This document shows positions 61,071 through 64,000 of a DNA stretch of 64,000 nt, piece after piece. Each line of letters opens with the position of its first letter. Positions within the stretch are counted from its first letter, which is position 1. Under the pieces are notes generated by a model. The model had not been told where the DNA came from. It made no database searches and saw only the letters and a list, made by a program, of their open reading frames with translations. The stretch comes from an uncultured Pelagibacteraceae bacterium (GTDB taxonomy: Bacteria > Pseudomonadota > Alphaproteobacteria > Pelagibacterales > Pelagibacteraceae), in the NCBI GenBank assembly GCA_902566805.1, contig CACFKJ010000001.1, forward strand, positions 7,325-71,324. Direction: 5' to 3'. A program made the position numbers and the translations under genes.

Positions 61071-62182
61071 TGCCTGAAAAAGTAAAAGTAAATAGTTGGA
61101 ATGAATGGGATCCGTTGAAACACGTGATTGTAGGAAGAGCTGATGGTACTTGTATTCCAGCACCAGAACCAGCTTTGGATGCAAAAGTACCAGAAGACTC
61201 CGATATGAGAGGTCAATACGGCCCAAGAACCAAAGATACAGTGGATAAAGCAAATGAACTTTTGGATAACTTTTCCTCAATTTTAGAAAAACGTGGAATA
61301 AAAGTAGATCGACCAACTCCAATTAATTTTAACCAAACAACCTCAACACCAGATTGGAAAGCTGAAACAATGTTCGGTTGCATGCCACCGAGAGATGTTC
61401 TGTTAACAGTTGGAAACGAAATTTTAGAAGCAACAATGAGTTATAGATGCAGATGGTTTGAATATCTTTGCTATAGACCTCTATTAAAAAAATATTATAA
61501 CGAAGATCCAAACATGAGACATGAGGCAGCTCCTAAGCCAAGACTAACTGATGCTGATTATAGGAAAGATTATTTATCGGATAAAATTGGAGTTCAAAAA
61601 AGACTTGAATGGACAGAAAAAAAGTTCTTTGTAACAACAGAGGAGGAGCCACTGTTTGATGCAGCTGATATTTTAAGATTTGGAAAAGATTTAGTCGTAC
61701 AACACGGATTTACAACAAATTTAAAAGGTATTGATTGGATAAAAAGACATTACAAAGATCACAGGGTTCATGCAGTTAACTTCCCAGGTGATCCATATCC
61801 TATTCATATAGATGCAACTTTTACACCTATTAAGGAAGGTTTAATAATAAACAATCCACAAAGAAGACTACCAAAGGAACAAAGAAAACTATTTGAAAAT
61901 AATGGCTGGAAAATTGTAGACTCGGCTCAACCTGCTCATAATTCACCACCACCGCTTTGTTATTCTTCAGTATGGCTTTCTATGAATGTTCTTGTGCTAG
62001 ATCCTAAGACAGTATGCGTTGAGAAAAGTGAAGTCTACCAAGCAGAGCAATTAGATAAATTAGGAATGGAAGTTATTCCAGTTGAACTTAGAGAAGCTTA
62101 TGCATTCGGAGGAGGACTTCATTGTTGCACTGCTGATGTTTATAGAGAAGGTGTTTTAAAAGATTATTTTCCTAAACAGTAA
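61070..62182 (+). CDS. Amidinotransferase (glycine amidinotransferase/AGAT-like)
   Basis: SWNEWDPL, MPPRD, FDAAD (Asp), IHIDATF (His), GGGLHCCT (Cys). Confidence 0.9.
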   Translation: MPEKVKVNSWNEWDPLKHVIVGRADGTCIPAPEPALDAKVPEDSDMRGQYGPRTKDTVDKANELLDNFSSILEKRGIKVDRPTPINFNQTTSTPDWKAETMFGCMPPRDVLLTVGNEILEATMSYRCRWFEYLCYRPLLKKYYNEDPNMRHEAAPKPRLTDADYRKDYLSDKIGVQKRLEWTEKKFFVTTEEEPLFDAADILRFGKDLVVQHGFTTNLKGIDWIKRHYKDHRVHAVNFPGDPYPIHIDATFTPIKEGLIINNPQRRLPKEQRKLFENNGWKIVDSAQPAHNSPPPLCYSSVWLSMNVLVLDPKTVCVEKSEVYQAEQLDKLGMEVIPVELREAYAFGGGLHCCTADVYREGVLKDYFPKQ

Positions 62183-62410
62183 TTAATTTGGATTTTGTTT
62201 TAAGAATTCAATATATTTTATAACTTCTTCATAATTTTCGTCAGGTATATCTTTATAACTAGCATTAAACTTGCTTTTTACACATATGGCCACATGTGCA
62301 TATGCATTTCTTCCTTTTGGATGATTTGGATGGTCAGGTAATTGACCTTGTAAATAATCACCAGCTTCCTGAATAATTTTCCAAAGTTTACTTGCGTTTT
62401 CTTTGTTCAT
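62183..62410 (-). CDS. Small conserved hypothetical protein (75 aa), ORF6C-like C-terminus
   Basis: ATG 62410; HPKGRNAYAHV..KFNASYKDIPDENYEEVIKYI. Confidence 0.7.
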   Translation of the reverse strand: MNKENASKLWKIIQEAGDYLQGQLPDHPNHPKGRNAYAHVAICVKSKFNASYKDIPDENYEEVIKYIEFLKQNPN

Positions 62411-62417
62411 ACATTTC

Positions 62418-64000
62418 TTAATTTCCAAGCGCTTCTTTTGCCTCTTCAACTGTATAGTTTGTTCCATATTGTTTGTTATAAGCTGCAACAGCTTCGGCAA
62501 AACTACCATAGCCTAATCCTTGTGCAGCAGCTTCTAAATCTGTAGAAACACCAACTGATGCTGCTAAAGCAATACTATCAGCAACTGTTTGTAAATCAGT
62601 CCCTAAACTTTTTGCAATTGATGCTGCCTCGAATGAACCAACTTGACTTAGTAAATCAACTCCTCTTGTAATATCGCCCCAATTAGATGTAGAACCAATT
62701 ACAGCTGCACCTTCCCAGTAACTCGCATATTCTTGTGCGGACATATTTGTTCCATATTGATAATTTGTTAGATGTGTTAGATTTTCAAAATTAGCATTAT
62801 CTCTAATTAATTTTATAGTGTTTGCATCAAGTAAATTTCCATAATTAGATATTTGGCTTTCAACTGCAAGTTTAACATAGTTGTCTAATGTTATTGAAAA
62901 TTCCTGATTTAACCAAGAGTCTAAATTAAAGCCTTTTATTGAATTTTTGACGATTTGAGAAATTTCATTCATCGACTCATTTATTTCAAAAGTAGATTTA
63001 TCAATCATTGTACTGAAATTATTGATAGCTAACTGCGCTTTTAGATCCTGTATATTTTCAGCAGATAATTTGATTAAATTACCTTTTTTATCTTTGATAT
63101 TATCTGTCGGAATTTGACCTCTCCAAGAATTGGCCCAATCTTCAGTTTTCCAATTTTTCATATTGTTAATATTATTAAATGACATTGCTACTGATTTAAT
63201 ATCAAATCCATCACTTTCAAATTTAACAAGATATTCTTCAACAGGATAATTATTGTATATTAGATTTAAAATTGAACTTTGTAATTTTTTATTATCAATT
63301 TCTTTCTGTTTTTTTAAACTTAATGAAGCCATAGCCAATGTATCTTTAACATTATCTGATAAAGTTTCTATCTCTATGTGACTTAAGTCATGAGTATAAT
63401 TTTTTTTTATTAGATTTTTTTCAAAATCCTTTATTGCAGTATTTATAAATTGATTACTATCAATTACAGTTAATAAATCTTTACGGGTACAATTGTAATT
63501 ACAATTTTCAATTATACTTAAAGACGATTCAAACATTTCTTTTACTATTTTATAAGGCTTTGAAATGCTATTATTTATTATTGATAATCTTTGCAAAATA
63601 TTTTTAATTTTCGTAATATTTTTTTTTAAATCTTTTTCAAAATCTTTTTGGGTGATTCTTTTTTCACTTTTATTTTCAATAGTTTTTATAAAAGTACTGT
63701 AGTATTTTTTGAAACTATTGCTAAGTTTTTTAATTTCTTTCTGGTTTTTATTTAATTTGTTAGCGGATCTTATTCCTTTTGATAAAAATTCATACATATG
63801 CATGTATTTTCTTAAAGCTTGCTCAATATCATCATTATTAGTCAGGCCAATAGATTTTCGCATAGATATTCTAGCTTGATTTAGCGTATACAAAGTTTTA
63901 ATTTTTTTTTTTGTTTTTTTATTTATGTTTGGGTAGTTAGCTTTAAATCGATCAATAAATTTTTTATCATCTTTAAGTTTTTGCATATAGAAAACTTCAA
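62418..64000 (-). CDS. Large hypothetical protein (5'-truncated by window edge) with repeated NxQYGTN motif at C-terminus
   Basis: Frame stays open past 63986 (..EVFYMQ); Lys-rich helical N-part, Ala-rich C-terminus. Confidence 0.75.
   Translation of the reverse strand, partial: EVFYMQKLKDDKKFIDRFKANYPNINKKTKKKIKTLYTLNQARISMRKSIGLTNNDDIEQALRKYMHMYEFLSKGIRSANKLNKNQKEIKKLSNSFKKYYSTFIKTIENKSEKRITQKDFEKDLKKNITKIKNILQRLSIINNSISKPYKIVKEMFESSLSIIENCNYNCTRKDLLTVIDSNQFINTAIKDFEKNLIKKNYTHDLSHIEIETLSDNVKDTLAMASLSLKKQKEIDNKKLQSSILNLIYNNYPVEEYLVKFESDGFDIKSVAMSFNNINNMKNWKTEDWANSWRGQIPTDNIKDKKGNLIKLSAENIQDLKAQLAINNFSTMIDKSTFEINESMNEISQIVKNSIKGFNLDSWLNQEFSITLDNYVKLAVESQISNYGNLLDANTIKLIRDNANFENLTHLTNYQYGTNMSAQEYASYWEGAAVIGSTSNWGDITRGVDLLSQVGSFEAASIAKSLGTDLQTVADSIALAASVGVSTDLEAAAQGLGYGSFAEAVAAYNKQYGTNYTVEEAKEALGN

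Overview
AT-rich, gene-dense alphaproteobacterial chromosome segment, almost certainly SAR11/Pelagibacterales: SAR11-type proteorhodopsin followed by fdx-fpr-gst-dksA, a recA-alaS-icd block, tiny intergenic spaces and abutting or overlapping genes. About 60 CDS are present. I saw no rRNA, tRNA, CRISPR array, IS element or prophage. Housekeeping genes (ligA, pepP, uvrD, fumC, pyrC, recA, alaS, icd, psd-pssA, rlmE, panB) alternate with metabolic modules. These are a blue-tuned proteorhodopsin; a surface/secreted cassette (GT39, GT2, nuclease, two polysaccharide-lyase-like proteins); LexA-boxed umuDC; allantoin catabolism joined to pxpABC; a cluster resembling the Rhodobacter furan-fatty-acid (ufa) genes; an NAD-linked formate dehydrogenase locus with HPP-family and SufU-like genes; and a DMT-creatinase-amidinotransferase operon. 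The best candidates for undescribed biology are the creatinase/amidinotransferase guanidino-scavenging operon (possibly feeding FDH), the ufa-like lipid antioxidant cluster, the HPP/SufU accessory pair of FDH and the secreted lyase cassette. All calls come from motif recognition by eye; no database search was run.
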